Positions 62,595 through 64,000 of a stretch of DNA of 64,000 nucleotides are shown in pieces. Below the pieces are notes generated by a model, which worked only from the letters and a program-made list of their open reading frames with translations, had not been told where the DNA came from and ran no database searches. Every line of letters starts with the position of its first letter. The first letter of the stretch is position 1. Made by a program: the position numbers and the translations under genes. The DNA is from Dipteris shenzhenensis (lineage: Eukaryota), in the NCBI GenBank assembly GCA_047967505.1, contig CM106538.1, one strand, 5' to 3'.

Positions 62595-64000
62595 TCTGTG
62601 AGCTCGTACCTGGGGTTGCTCGTACTGCTGGCTCTCCCTCTGTCTCCGTCTCCTCCGAGCTCTCCGTGAAAGCTGTTCCACTGGAGGCACCTCCAAGTCC
62701 TGAGTCCACTGGAGGCTCCCTCGGAGGAGTCTCCTCTCGCTCTGCTGAATGAGTCGCAGAGACCCCTGGAGGCTGAGCTGTAGGCTCTGGGTCACTCGTA
62801 GGATGCGATGGATCCGGAGTCTCTGATCGAGGCCGACGACTGGGGCAATCCCTAATAAAGTGACCTCTCTTCCGACAGAAAAGACACTGATCAGGAAGAC
62901 CCTCGTACAAAACCCTCTGCTGAATTTGGATCCCATTTCCCATGGAGTACGAAATCAAAGTAGGCAAAGGTCGAGGAGGGGGGAACTCTGAAGTGATTTG
63001 ACCCTTGTATCACTTGTACCAGCAAGTGACTGAGCATAGGAAAGTCTAGCACCTGATGGGATGACTGTACCTGCCACACTAGCCATATGCTCCACAGCTC
63101 TGCGACAAGAGCTGACCTCATCAGGAAGTCGAGGGAAAAGCATCCAAAAAGAGACTTGTCGCGGTCTTGGGGAAGTAGTACTGAAGTGCTTCCGCCAAGG
63201 CCACAAATGGATGACTCTGCTTTGAAACTGAATCGGTGAGCTTGTAAGTACTCTTTGAGCTTGCTCTGCAGACTGAAGGCCAAAAGAAAAGTACCCTCTG
63301 CCAAGCAATCGGAAAACCGTAACTGAGACATCTAATGAGGCCATGCTGGTGTACACCCAATCACGTGACTGTTGGCTTCTACCGGGTAGAAAGCCAATGA
63401 TGTGCGTCAAACGAAAACCCTCCTCTGCTACCTCAATCATCTGCACAATGTCGGGAGGAAAAGAAACTGTGACTTCAATCTCCTCAAGTTCGGCGACGGG
63501 AGTGGCATTAGTGTCCTCCATTGTCTCAGCTTGCGCTGTCCTGAGGGGAGGAGCTACCTCTGCTGAAAATACCCACCAAGAACTCGCAACCAACCACTAG
63601 TCAATCCCCAAAAACTTGGTTAATGAATGCCCCAAACTTCAGCCTGCGTGGGATGAAAACAAGCCGCTCAATGCTGAAGTAGAAAGCTCCACCAATGCCC
63701 TGGAAACAGCCCAGGAACTCAGCTCCCTGGAACACGAGCAGAGCAGCCCCGGAGAGGGCCTTGAAGCAGCCCAGCTTGAAGCGCAAGGGAGGGGCGGACA
63801 ACAGCGACTGGCAGCCTGAAAGGCGGCCTGAAGGGGCGACCTGAAGGGCAAGGGGGGCGCGACCAGCAGGGTGCGGCCAGACGTACTCAAGGGGGGCACG
63901 ATCAGCAGGGCGCGGCCAGACGGGCTGAAGGGGGGCGACCTAAAGGGCGCGGCCAAGGGAGCAGGGCGCCGCCAAGGGAGCCTGCGCGGCCAAGGGAGCA
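62595..64000 (-). mobile_element. LINE 5' region: GC-rich repeated leader and ORF1 (DUF4283-like + CCHC knuckle), frameshifted; ORF2 absent
   Basis: LLGRGYFSF..AQRVL...IHLWPW..FWMLFPRLP; QQRVLYEGLPDQCLFCRKRGHFIRDCP; tandem GC repeats at 63820-64000. Confidence 0.82.

Noticed and set aside
1-64000. CRISPR array or prokaryotic system
   Set aside because: No repeat-spacer array or operon-like gene density; the only prokaryote-like sequence is the short plastid rRNA insert

Overview
Eukaryotic, repeat-dominated land-plant nuclear DNA. A non-seed plant such as a fern is my inference from the element types and the plastid rRNA variant; it is not proven. One host gene threads through the window on the + strand. 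I can assemble seven in-frame GT-AG exons (14792-15766, 16598-16683, 26170-26193, 55049-55169, 55283-55605, 55970-56264, 56359-56892; 786 codons, no internal stop, 3' end beyond the window). Its last exon resembles the N-terminal part of plant TTI2/At2g39910-type ARM proteins, so it would carry a ~600-aa extra N-terminus. Its introns (about 9.5 kb, 28.9 kb and >7 kb) and the upstream DNA are filled with nested transposons, many with LTR pairs, PBS/PPT and target-site duplications. These include two inverted copies of one Ty1/copia family sharing the same stop codons, several Ty3/gypsy chromovirus remnants and a hAT relic. Also present are a small LTR element carrying a CACTA transposase fragment, solo LTRs, three copies of a non-coding LTR family, and L1- and RTE-type LINEs. 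There is also a decayed plastid 16S rRNA insert (NUPT) and a UDP-glycosyltransferase pseudogene fragment. No CRISPR, tRNA or intact transposon ORF was found. All protein-family calls are from remembered motifs, not database searches.
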